Shown in pieces: positions 11,421 to 22,579 of a stretch of DNA of 39,091 nt; the first letter of the stretch is position 1, and each line of letters starts with the position of its first letter. The notes beneath the pieces were generated by a model, which saw nothing but the letters and a program-made list of their open reading frames with translations, was not told the origin of the DNA and made no database searches. Made by a program: the position numbers and the translations under genes. This DNA comes from Octopus bimaculoides. Its lineage: Eukaryota. Where the stretch lies: the NCBI RefSeq assembly GCF_001194135.2, contig NC_068985.1:46461347-46500437 (forward strand), given 5' to 3'.

Positions 11421-11943
11421 TGTACTGTGCATATTCTTGGATCACAAACTTAATTCATCATCCAATTTAGCGCCACCGTCTGGGTCTGGGGTGGTTTTTG
11501 TAGAGTCCCTTTTGTTGCCATGATTTAGACCAGTTTCTGATTTGTGGTTTCTTCCATTGCTTTCTTACTACCAGTCTTGGAACAACATCTGTAAAATGTC
11601 TCCTCTTTATATCTATAAAAAAAAAACAACAACAACAAAGGATTCCATGAAAATCTCTTATATGACTGGAAAAAATAGTTTAATAATGGATGGTATTATG
11701 GCTAATGTGAATTAGCCATTGGCAACCTATGTCTAGCAGCAAAATTGTACCAAAGTAAAGCATAACATTTGATTAAGAGACAGTATAAGCAAATGGAAGA
11801 AAGATAAGAGTTGGATGTGGAGATTTATTACAAAGTTCTAGCTTATGTTTATATAAACACGGCATTGTGTGCCATTCAAAAACATATAAGGTGCAATAGT
11901 TTGCCCACACTTTGTGTAAGTGATGCAAGCTGTGTATTAGCTA

Positions 11944-12165
11944 TACGAGGGGGTGCTGAAAAGTTCCTGGCTTTAGGTAAATGAAAATACCAAGAGGATC
12001 CATTGATTATGATTATATTCAACATGTTCCTCTCTCAGATTCACACACTTATTGCAGCAGTCCTTCAGTTTTTCTAAGCCCAGTGAAAGAACTTGGAAGG
12101 TTGGGTTTCCAACCAAGCTTTTTGTGATACCCTTAAAGCAAGGAACTTCTCAGTACCCCCTTGTA
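11944..12165. mobile_element. Tc1/mariner-type MITE (218 bp plus TA TSDs)
   Basis: Left TIR CGAGGGGGTGCTGAAAAGTTCCTGGCTTTA (11946-11975); right TIR ends at 12163 with 26/30 matches; TA on both sides. Confidence 0.9.
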
Positions 12166-12474
12166 TATGAGGTCAGTGCTGGTTATATATGAGGTGTATT
12201 TGCTACATATGAGATGTGTGTTGGCTATAGGCAAGAATCGTGCTGGCTATAAATGAAGTGTGTCAGTATGTGTTCTAGCAAACTAGTTAAAGAAAACATT
12301 CTCTTGTTTGGTATCTTTGTGAAGAACACTAGAAATTATGTTAAACCATAGGTTTATCCCATCTAATAAAAAGGATTTTTCATGCATTCCACAAAAGTCT
12401 TGAACCACTGCAGTTAAAGTATAATGGATAAATTTTTAAGCCATAGTTGTTGTCATTGCTGTAATTAACCTTGT

Positions 12475-12702
12475 TTAACTCTTTAATGTTCAGATTACTC
12501 TGTCAAATGCAATGTTTATTTATTCCCATTGTTTTGAATTAATCATGCATTACCTCATAACTTCAAGATTTCGATGATATGATTGTTTACTTTTAGAAGG
12601 ACATTATAGGGTAAGTGTGAAAGGCTAGATCTAACTAGTTTGAACAAAAAACAAGTAAAATATTCAGGCCGGACATGGCCAGTTTAAATGCTAATGGGTT
12701 AA
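12475..12702. mobile_element. piggyBac-type (TTAA) MITE
   Basis: TTAA-CTCTTTAATGTT ... AATGCTAATGGG-TTAA; colinear with 5981-6193. Confidence 0.8.
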
Positions 12703-13559
12703 ACTTAGGTATTTTTTTGTGGACATGCAATTAAACTAATTAGGCTTTTGCTGTCTTGCTTTTTAGATTCAACATTCATATTGGTAAATAGTTAAATTGG
12801 AATAAAAAGTTCATCTAAATAATGGTAGACAAGCAGGTCTAATTTCTTAAAAAGTCACCATCATACCTAATTAAAAAAAAAACAAAAACAAAGTTTAAAT
12901 GAAAGAATTGTTATCTTAATTTCTTTAAAAGATTATTATTTAGTCAAATGGTTTGTCTTAACAACAGTTTTCATATACAATTTTGAGAGATCAATCTTCA
13001 AACTTCATAAAAATATACTAAGTATTACATATATACTATTACTAGCACTATTGCTGCTTCTGACACTACTACTGCTACTACTTATTTAAATATGAGCAAA
13101 AATCAGCATTCAGAAATATTTGGAAATGTGTTCTATAAAGATATTCTTCATTCATTATAAAGAAATATCATTGTTGTAGCCTAACTTTTGTTTGAGATGA
13201 GTTTATGGATTGATAAACTATGGGTTTCTTTCTTGTATATGGAACCAACACTTCAGTTCTGGCCAAAGTGTGTTAATAGTTGCAACAAAGCATCTGCTAC
13301 CTAATTTAAATATTTCATGTGTGAAAATCAGTGATAGAATGTGTTGTTTATGTTATTGTGCAATCAACCTGTTTCTGTTGTATTTCACGGCTCTGTATAT
13401 TTGTAGACTTTTGAGATTTATAGGTTTTCAATATAAGACAGCAGTGTTGCACTGATCAAATAAATTGATTGGTGCTTGGGTTGTTATCAGCTTACAGATA
13501 TACTTGTTCCAACATAGAACAGCAGCTCAATAGTAAATTCTTGAATTATATTTTAACAA

Positions 13560-13935
13560 GCACAGGAGTGGCTGTGTGGTAAGTAGCTTGCTTACCAACC
13601 ACATGGTTCTGGGTTCAGTCCCACTGTGTGGCACCTTGGGCAAGTGTCTTCTACTATAGCCTCGGGCCGACCAAAGCCTTGTGAGAGGATTTGGTAGACA
13701 GAAACTGAAAGAAGCCCGTCATATATATGTATATATATATATGTGTTTGCATGTCTGTGTTTGTCTCCCCACCATTGCTTGACAACTGATGCTGCTGTGT
13801 TTACGTCCCCGTAACTTAATGGTTCGGCAAAAAGAGACCGATAGGCTTACAAAGAATAAGTCCTGGGGTCGATTTTCTCGACTAAAGGCGGTGCTCCAGC
13901 ATGGCCACAGTCAAATGAGTGAAACAAGTAAAAGA
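13560..13935 (+). mobile_element. tRNA-derived SINE, family A, near full length
   Basis: Head GGAGTGGCTGTGTGGTAAG...GGTTCAGTCCC, then CCTTGGGCAAG, a central (TA)/(TG) tract and a 3' end GAAACAAGTAAAAGA. Colinear with the reverse complements at 19881, 23971 and 35319. Confidence 0.9.
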
Positions 13936-14280
13936 GAGAGTAAGTGCGTTTATTTACCTTGTAATTCTGTCATGCTAGACTTTGTTCTTTAATCCAATGA
14001 GAATAGACTTTGGGATATTGGGTTGTTAAAGGTTTAAAATCACCTCCCGGTTTCCTTCTTCATATCAAAGTGTTGGATCGGTTACATTGTCTAGATCAGC
14101 TGGACCAGAATTGTTTCATTGCATTTGTGTGTGGGGTGAGTGTGCATGGAAAGAATTCTGATGCACGATATTCTAGTATTAAAAAATTCTCAAACTATTC
14201 TTTTTTTTATATGCTGATGTAGTTGTGTACATGTATCCGATTGCAAGTATTTCAAAAACTAACTATGAAGAAATATTACA

Positions 14281-14570
14281 CAGGCATGGTTATGTGGTAA
14301 GAAGTTTGTTTCCCAATTACATGGTTCCAGGTTCAGTCCCTGTGATTGGTACTTTGGACAAGTATGTATCTCATTTCCATCCCCCCACAACCACTTGACA
14401 ACTGGTGTCTGTGTGTTTATGTTTCTGTAACTTAGTGGTTCAGCAAAAAGGACCCTTGGAATAAATACCAAGTTTAGAAAAAGAAAAAAAGTACTTGGGT
14501 TGATTCATTCAACTAAAATTCTCGAAGGCAGTGCTCCAGCACGGTTGCTGTCTAATGACTAAAATAAAAG
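14281..14570 (+). mobile_element. SINE family A, diverged copy with internal deletion
   Basis: Head and 3' half match 13560-13935; the block between GGACAAGT and the CCCCC...CTTGACAAC segment is missing. Confidence 0.75.
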
Positions 14571-15039
14571 ATTAAAAACCTGGTGTCTGCAATTTATTTG
14601 ATAGCTACTATAGATCGAAAGCTTACTATGTTATTTGGTTAGTATAGGAGGAACCTTAGTCTAAAGATGTATAAGTCACCTGGAGAGCGTGACTTGATTA
14701 ATTACTAGTTCTAGTTAACCATATAGAGAGAGCCTTCAGTTTTTTTTTTTTTTTTTTTTTTTTCTTTCTGATACAATTTCAGTACATTTAGTACAGTTAA
14801 TTTCCTCTCTGTTTGAATCCAGATAGAAAAGACAAAACAGATAGGTGGAGTTAAATGAAATGGAGAATGCAGAGCAAAGCTGCTACCAGTTCCTTTATTC
14901 TTTTACTGTTTTCTTCGTTGCTTCCAGGGTTTATGTTGATCATGTTAATCTCGGTACTTTTCAATTACTATTTGTTCCATTACTGAGTTACAGGAAACAA
15001 CGTCATTGTCTCTAACACACACACACGCAAAAATATGAC

Positions 15040-15175
15040 AAGTTTCTGCATAGCTTCTATCTACAAGATTCCTCTCACAAGCTATTGATCAACTTGAATC
15101 TATGGTAGAAGACGCTTATGCAAGGTGCCTTGTTGTGGGATTGATCTTGGATCCTCATAACCATGCCTCTGTCCT
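15040..15175 (-). mobile_element. SINE family A-like, old fragment
   Basis: CTCACAAG...GTAGAAGACGCTTATGCAAGGTGCC matches the minus-strand family A copies. Confidence 0.55.
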
Positions 15176-16209
15176 TGCATAGACTCTAGAAATGTCTTTT
15201 AGCTAAACCTATGAACTGGTTATAGTTAACTGTCCACTTTAATTTGAACAGACAATCATAATTTTAATGCTAGAAATAGTTTCAGTAAATATAGCACAGA
15301 TTATTTTAGCTAAAAAAACTATGTATTTTTACATTTGAATCTATTAATTACTCTCCTAAATCATTGTAATCAATACATTTTGTAGGTTACTTCACAATTT
15401 AGCTTGTTCTCTGAAAATCATTATGGTAAAACAGCATGAGGTATTTTCAGTATTTTTCTTCATCCTGATTGCCTGCCAAAAATTCATTTATTAGAATGAA
15501 AGTCAAAATGTTAAAATTATTGATAACAGATTATTAGTCTAGAAAAACAGTGCAGTCTTATAACCCTGTAAAGTCTTTATATTTCACATTGAATCTTAAT
15601 TAAATTTCATTTTTAGTGTAATCATGAATGACAGTTTCTGTTTTATTTATCATGCAAAGAAGTGGTACAGATTTGAAGTCTAAGAACTTCATATTCTAAA
15701 GTTTGAGTTATAACCTGTGAAACATTAAAATTCAAGGCTTAGTATTTCAAGTTTTGTTCATGTTATAATAAATTCTATGACTTCAATAAAAGAGAAAATA
15801 AATAGATAAATATATAAATAAATAAAACCATACTTACAAGAGGATAAAGGGATACTTTATATAAATTAGTGTTGGTGCTGTAACAATGCATTAATCTGTT
15901 TTGAAACATGTTCACTTGTGGCAAAGTTGGATACATGGAAAGTTTTTTAAATTTTTATTGTTGTTGAAGAGATCAGTGAACTGAACGAACATATTGTTAT
16001 AAAAAAACGTGCCAGAGAAAGTTAATCTGATTCACTGGATGAATAAAAAAAACTTATTACATGAAAAATTCATTACCAAATTTCAGGCTTATTGTGACAT
16101 TTACTGGAGGTTATAAATAAATATAAACACATACAAACTCAACACATGTTTTTTTGTGTATCATATATATTTTTTATTATTTTGACTGCTTTTCATGCTG
16201 GCATGGGTT

Positions 16210-16247
<38 letters not shown>

Positions 16248-16497
16248 TTTTTATCTCAATATTAAATCCTGCTTGATTTGACCATAAGCATTGTCTGGGA
16301 TGATTTTATATATATATATAAAAAACGAAAAAGTATAACAATATTGAAAAAAGTAATTTTAACATTAGGTTTCATCTGGAAACTACATTCTAGATTTCTT
16401 TTACCATTTCTGTAATGTGTGTATATATGTATGCTTTCTGATGTTTTAATTTTCTCTTTTTTTTCCATTTTTTTTTGTCTTTTTTTACACCCTGCAG

Positions 16498-16596
16498 ATC
16501 AATGGTGTTGAACTTCATGGTCGAAACCAAGCAATTAAACTTTTTTCAGAGTCCACATTGGATATCTGTCTTCTTGTTGCTCGCCATCAAATCCAG
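16498..16596 (+). CDS. PDZRN3: PDZRN3/4 ortholog, internal coding exon; end of PDZ domain (INGVELHGRNQAIKLFSESTLDICLLVARHQIQ)
   Basis: 99-nt exon after a ~50-nt polypyrimidine tract ending cctgcag, followed by a gtaaaa donor. ING..L.VAR completes the PDZ fold begun in the previous exon. Confidence 0.92.
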
Positions 16597-17503
16597 GTAA
16601 AAATAACCAGCAATATTTTACTCTACCTCCGCTTCCAATATCAATTTTCGTTTCCTCAGTTTCACTTATTTCTTACATAACTGTTCCAGGAGCTTTTGTT
16701 GTTGCTGCTGCTGTTGATGATGATGATGGTGTTCTTGTTATCATTATCATTTATATAATTATTTTTTTTTCGACTGTCTTTTCTTCTGTTGTTGCCCCTC
16801 GGGGTTGGGTGAGATACTCCTTCTCCCCTGTCTTTCATTCAATTCATGTCACTCAGTTTTGTCTTAGCTTTCTTTTTGTTGTTCCTTCAATTTTCTTCCC
16901 CCCCCCCCTTTTATTCACTTCATTGCATTGAAAAAAATCTTCTCTAGCCTCTGGCTACCAATCTAATAAAACAGTATATAGGTACAAGTTCCGCTGCCTG
17001 GCTTAATCTAAGAATTTTTTCATAGTTCTATATAGTTTTTTATTTTCTTTTGGTAACCTTTCATTTTTATTCTTTGTGTGTGTGTGTAATTTATGTAAAA
17101 TCAATGAATAATACATACATACATACATACATATACATACATATGTGTGTTGATAGTAACAAGTCATAGTATGTATCAAAGGAATGCTTTTTGTAAATAT
17201 AAGTGGATGTGTGTCTCTATAAGACACAGATATTGATTAATTTTATAAGAAATGGAAAAAATATGTAAGAATGCAAAAAGACTAGTAATTCCTAAATTTG
17301 CACTTAGTCAATTTATCAGTTCCTAAGAAATAACTAATTTTGGACAGTTTATCATTAGTCTCAAGAGGAAAGGCCTTTATTATTATTATTATTATTAGAA
17401 TCAATTATTAAATACAAGTCAGAAACAAATCATTATTATTATCATTACTACTACTACTACTATTTTTGTTATTATCATTATCATTGTTGTTGTTGTTGTT
17501 GTT

Positions 17504-17720
17504 AAGGCAAGGAGATGGCAGAAATCATTAGAACGGCGAGCAAAATGCTTAGTGGTATTTCGTCTGTCGCTACATTCTGAATTCAAATTCCACCAAGGTA
17601 GACTTTGTCTTTCATCCTTTTGGGGTCAATGAAATAAGTACCAGTTGAGTACTGGAGTTGATGTAATCGACTACCCCCCTCCTACAAATTTCAGGCCTTG
17701 TGCTTATAGTAGAAAGGATT
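17504..17720 (+). mobile_element. SINE family B, first of a tandem chain
   Basis: Colinear with 3031-3248; preceded by (GTT)n and followed by (ATT)n. Confidence 0.85.
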
Positions 17721-17740
17721 ATTATTATCATTATTATTAT

Positions 17741-17917
17741 TAAGGTGGCGAGCTGGCAGAATTGCTAGCATGCCAGGAAAAATGCTTAGCAGCATTTCAT
17801 CCATCTGAATTCAAATTCTGCTGGGGTTGATGTTATGTTTTATCCTTTCAGGGGTCAATGTAACTGACTTACCCTTCTCCTGAAATTTCTGGCCTTGTGT
17901 CAGAATTTGAAACCATT
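17741..17917 (+). mobile_element. SINE family B, second in chain
   Basis: Colinear with internal deletions. Confidence 0.8.
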
Positions 17918-17923
17918 ATTATT

Positions 17924-18401
17924 GAGTGAGGGAGCAGTGCATGCCATCAAAGTGACACTGGGGTACAAATATACAAAGCCCAGTATACCCATCATGACTA
18001 CCCATCTGATAAGGGTAAACCAGGCCCATGCATCACGACCATATGTACGCGACATGGTGATCTCATATCAAGATAAACAGTATATGACCTTGCAAATGGG
18101 GCCCAGTTAGAATTTTCCTCAGGTTTAGTAGCCCCTCCCACTCAAAAGGTCCCTGCATAAGGTTTGTTTAAGAATGATGAATGAAACATCCATGTTTCCA
18201 GAAGTGAATTATTCAAATCCCAAAGAATTCCTCTCGACACCTGGCTATGAAGCCCCCCCCCCCACTACCCCTACTCATGATCAGAGATGCATATATCATC
18301 AGCCACTAAGAGACATACTCAACTGGTTAAGGTCAAGCAAATCTGTGGTATTGAGCAGATATTTGCTGTAGCCCATGTTTTATACCAAGACAAAACATGT
18401 A

Positions 18402-18404
<3 letters not shown>
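17924..18404. mobile_element. Unclassified ~480-bp interspersed repeat between SINE-B copies
   Basis: A complex non-coding block bounded by (ATT)n on both sides. I recall this sequence as a common octopus repeat, but there is no second copy in the window to confirm it. Confidence 0.4.
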
Positions 18405-18432
<28 letters not shown>

Positions 18433-18630
18433 GAGGTGGCAGGCTGAACAAAATGCTTTGCAGCATTTCTTCTAGCTTTATGCTCTGAGTTCAAATTCCA
18501 CCTCGGTCAACTGTACCTTTCATACTTTTGAAGGCAATAAAATAAATATCAGTTGGACACTGGGGTTGATTTAATCAACTTACCCCCACCTCCCTTAAAA
18601 TTGCTGGCCTTGTACCAAATTTTGAAACCA
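18433..18630 (+). mobile_element. SINE family B, third in chain
   Basis: Colinear with 3031-3248; follows (ATT)n. Confidence 0.8.
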
Positions 18631-18635
18631 CTATT

Positions 18636-18818
18636 AAGAGGGTAAGCTGGCAGAATTGTTAGCATGCCAGACAAAATGCTTAGTGGCATTTTGTTCATCT
18701 TTATGTTCTGAGTTCAGAATCTTTTCAGCTTAACTTTTCTTTTCATCCTTTTGGGGGTCACTGTAATCAACCAGCCCCTCCCTACAAATTTCACTCTTAG
18801 TGCCTAAAGTCGAAAACA
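18636..18818 (+). mobile_element. SINE family B, fourth in chain
   Basis: Starts 5 nt after the previous copy ends. Confidence 0.8.
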
Positions 18819-18865
18819 TCATCAATAACATTGTCTATATTTAAGAGATGGGCAATTATATACAT

Positions 18866-19155
18866 TATTTTTCAATGTTATTATTATTATTATTATTCAG
18901 GTCACTGCCTGGAATCGAACTCAGAATCTTGAGGTTAGTAGCCCGCACTCTTAACCACTACGCCATATGTCCAATAATAATAATAATAATAGTGATAATA
19001 ATGATAACATCAAAAAATACCTTAGGAATGAGAACCCAGGTTCGAAATTTCCCCAAGACACCTGATGAAGGCCGGGGGGTATATCAACCAAAACATTGTG
19101 TTAACAACAAACAAGATGAGGACAAATATCCATCAAATGTAAATTAAGTAAATAA
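18866..19155. mobile_element. tRNA-headed element with inverted head (minus, 18866-18972) and plus-strand body (18973-19155) carrying a decayed hammerhead motif
   Basis: Minus strand: A box TGGCGTAGTGG (18955-18965), B box GTTCGATTCC (18911-18920), then (AAT)n-TAACATTGAAAAATA. Plus strand: (AAT)n-TAACATCAAAAAATA, then the body with CTGATGA at 19062-19068. Confidence 0.75.
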
Positions 19156-19500
19156 TGAACATTGTCTTTGTCATAATTGTAACAAATACCTTCTTCACAC
19201 AGCATGATGTGGGATAACTTTCCTTTTGTGCCATATTTTTAACAGGAAAAGGCTATCAATAAATTCTTTAGGTGATCAATAACTTGGAAGTTGGGTTGAT
19301 AAATTGAAGTCATTTATTTATTATTAATTGTTATTGTTAGTTCTAAGTCAGGTCTGTGATTAAAGCTATTCCAGTAATGGCCCTCTCATCTTTATTCTTA
19401 GTATGGTGTCACTCTAGAACTACATTGCACAATCTGATGGGTTTTTCTTTTTAAGTGATAAATTGATGTGAGGGATAATTGCTTACTATTTCTAGCAAGT

Positions 19501-19767
19501 GTGGAGGTGTGTGGCTTAGTGCTTAGGGTGTCAGCATCATGATCGTAAGATTGTGGTTGCAATTCCTGGACTGGGCGACAAGTTGTGTTCTTGAGCAAAA
19601 CACTCCATTTCACGTTGCTCCAGCCCACTCAGCTGGCAAAAATGAGTAATGCTGCGATGGACTGGCATCCCGTCCAGCTGGGGGGAACACATACGCCATA
19701 GAAACCGAGAAACCAGGCCCATGAGCCTGGCTAGGCTTTAAAAGGGCACATTTATTTTCCTTTTTAT
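19501..19767 (+). mobile_element. tRNA-derived SINE, family D, with 14-bp TSD
   Basis: Head GTGGAGGTGTGTGGCTTAGTGCTTAGG; T-rich tail; exact direct repeat TATTTCTAGCAAGT at 19487-19500 and 19768-19781. Confidence 0.85.
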
Positions 19768-19880
19768 TATTTCTAGCAAGTCAGTCAACAAGGTTTTATA
19801 TCAAAACAGATGTTTGGAAAACATCTTTGAATAAGAATATGACTGAAATTGTATCTGTTGAAATTACCTGCTACCACACC

Positions 19881-20245
19881 TATCTTTTATTTGTTTTAAT
19901 CATTTGACTGTGGCCATGCTGGGGCACCACTTTGAAGGGTTTTAGTTGAATTAATTGACCCAAATACTTCTTTTTTTTAAAGCCTAGTACTAATTCTGTT
20001 GGTCTCTTTTGCTGAACTCCTAAATTACAGGGATGTAAACACACCAACACCAAAGAGACATACACACACACACACATATATATGACGGGGTTTCTTTCAG
20101 TTTCTGCTTACCAAATCTACTCACAAGGCTTTGGTCGACCCGAGGCTATAGTAGAAGACACTTGCCCAAGGTGTCACGCAGTAGGACTGAACCCGGAACC
20201 ATGTGATTGAGAAGCAAACTTCTAACCTCACAGTCATGCCTGCAC
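19881..20245 (-). mobile_element. SINE family A
   Basis: Reverse-complement match to 13560-13935 over most of its length. Confidence 0.85.
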
Positions 20246-21200
20246 CTAGTAATGATACTATTTGGGTGAAGAATTTGATTAAAGTCTGATCACCTTGATA
20301 TGGATATTGAACAACACTTCATTCAATATGACCTGTTTTGGAAGTGTTTCCTTTATGGGATCGTGTCAGTTTTGATTAAAAAGTGTTACTCTTGTTTCTT
20401 TCATATATCCTAATCTATGTACAGTTTATTTTTTTCAGTTGTAGCATAGTAAAAATATTATTTTAAATATCATTTCTGAACTAATGAGTGAGAAGGACTT
20501 AAAAGTTGGGTCATGTCATAATGGCTTGGCTTACATCATGTTTACTTGGGTGATATAATTGAAATAAACTTGGGAAGCCAAAGGCATTCAATACTCCCCT
20601 TCCCCCTCTCTTCACAAATCAACCAATGGATGATGATTTCTCTTTTTGTCTTTTGCATATGTGTAGTGTGGGATAAAATAAAATAAAATTTGAATAAATG
20701 TGGTTGGATATTTTTTTTTTTTTTTTATCACCACAAGAAATAAAGTAATTTTCTCTGGCAAACATAGGCTTATTTACTAAAAGAAAAAAAGAAAAAAAAA
20801 TTTTGGTGTAAAATAAACAAATAGTATATTAATATAGAAAGTAAAAAAAAAAATAAAACTAAAATTAATATTGTGAAATAAAATAAAATAAAATAAAAAG
20901 AAAATAAGCACNNNNNNNNNNNNNNNNNNNNNNNNNNNNNNNNNNNNNNNNNNNNNNNNNNNNNNNNNNNNNNNNNNNNNNNNNNNNNNNNNNNNNNNNN
21001 NNNNNNNNNNNNNNNNNNNNNNNNNNNNNNNNNNNNNNNNNNNNNNNNNNNNNNNNNNNNNNNNNNNNNNNNNNNNNNNNNNNNNNNNNNNNNNNNNNNN
21101 NNNNNNNNNNNNNNNNNNNNNNNNNNNNNNNNNNNNNNNNNNNNNNNNNNNNNNNNNNNNNNNNNNNNNNNNNNNNNNNNNNNNNNNNNNNNNNNNNNNN

Positions 21201-21253
<53 letters not shown>

Positions 21254-21801
21254 CATACATATATATATTTACACACACACACATTCTATACAATGACTGT
21301 GTGCATGCACATTCATTTATATATGTGTGTGTGTGTGTGTGTGTATATATATTTATATATATATGATTATGTTTGTGTGCGTGTTAGGAGAAGAGGGTAT
21401 GCAAAGTGTTTAGGACACAGAAATAGCATAGTACTAACTCAATAACTCCCGATATTTGACGCGTTTACAAAATTGTTTGCGGAAATATTTAAAACACATA
21501 GAAATTATAAAACAAACAAACCAGCAATAAGTTAAAACCATGGAATCTGTTTGCTAAATTCTATGTTTACAGAAATTTCTTCCATATTTCAAGATGGAAA
21601 TAGATCTTAATTTCCTTTATTATCTCAGATAATATTCTTTCAAAATAGGCTGAATTCCTTGCTTAATAGTCTGTGTGTGTGTGTGCGCGCGTGCGCGTGT
21701 GCATAATGGTACATACATATATACATATGTGCTGTATTTGTCTTTCTATCCAAGTGTGTGTGTGTGTGTGCATATGTATATATGTATATACATGTGAATG
21801 T

Positions 21802-21837
<36 letters not shown>

Positions 21838-22379
21838 TCGCATTTCATGGTGTTTTTTTTTTTCTATGCTGTCATGGATTGGACAAGTCTTAAAGCATCT
21901 CAACATTTTCTTCTTAGTCCTTCAGTGTTTGATATACACAACAACAGAGAAAAAAAAAAAAACTTCACTCTTTTTGACCTTCCATTGTTTTGACAACTAG
22001 TAGTGCTTCTTGTCACTAACCAAATTGCAATGTAGACCAGGTGCATATTATTGTGCCACTGACACTAGAGAGGTTATCTGTGGTATTACTAAAGAGTTCC
22101 TCTACTCTAAAGGAGTTCCCTATTTTTTATTAAAAATTTTTTTTTTTAAATCATATTTTATATGTAGTGTTGTAGTGGCTTTGGAAATGTTATGAGGTTA
22201 GTCCATATAAGGTTTACCAAAATAAACCCACTCCAGTGGGGAAACTTTCAAACAGTGCCTCATCTTGCTCAAAATAATGACCAAATTTCCTTCAAATCAT
22301 TCCTATCATGGTAAAAGATGAGAAGACATGTTAAAAAATTTACTTCGGTGGTCATAGAATGATTTTGATTGATTAATAT

Positions 22380-22579
22380 AGAATATTAGCACTGTCAAAT
22401 TTAATTTGTTTTGGATTAATTATGCATTATGTCATAGCTTCAAGATTTTGATGATGTAATTGTTTACTCTTGGAAAAACATTGTAGGAGAGGTATAAGAG
22501 GCTAAATATGGTTAGTTTGAAAGTAAAACTGGTGTGAAATTTGGGGTAGATATGGCCAGTTTAAATGCTAAACGGTTAA
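22380..22579. mobile_element. piggyBac-type MITE with decayed left end
   Basis: Internal sequence and right end (AATGCTAAACGG-TTAA) match the other two copies. Confidence 0.7.

Noticed and set aside
18896-18972. Possible tRNA gene on the minus strand
   Set aside because: A and B boxes are present, but the anticodon and T stems pair poorly and it runs into (AAT)n and a repeat body; it is a SINE head.
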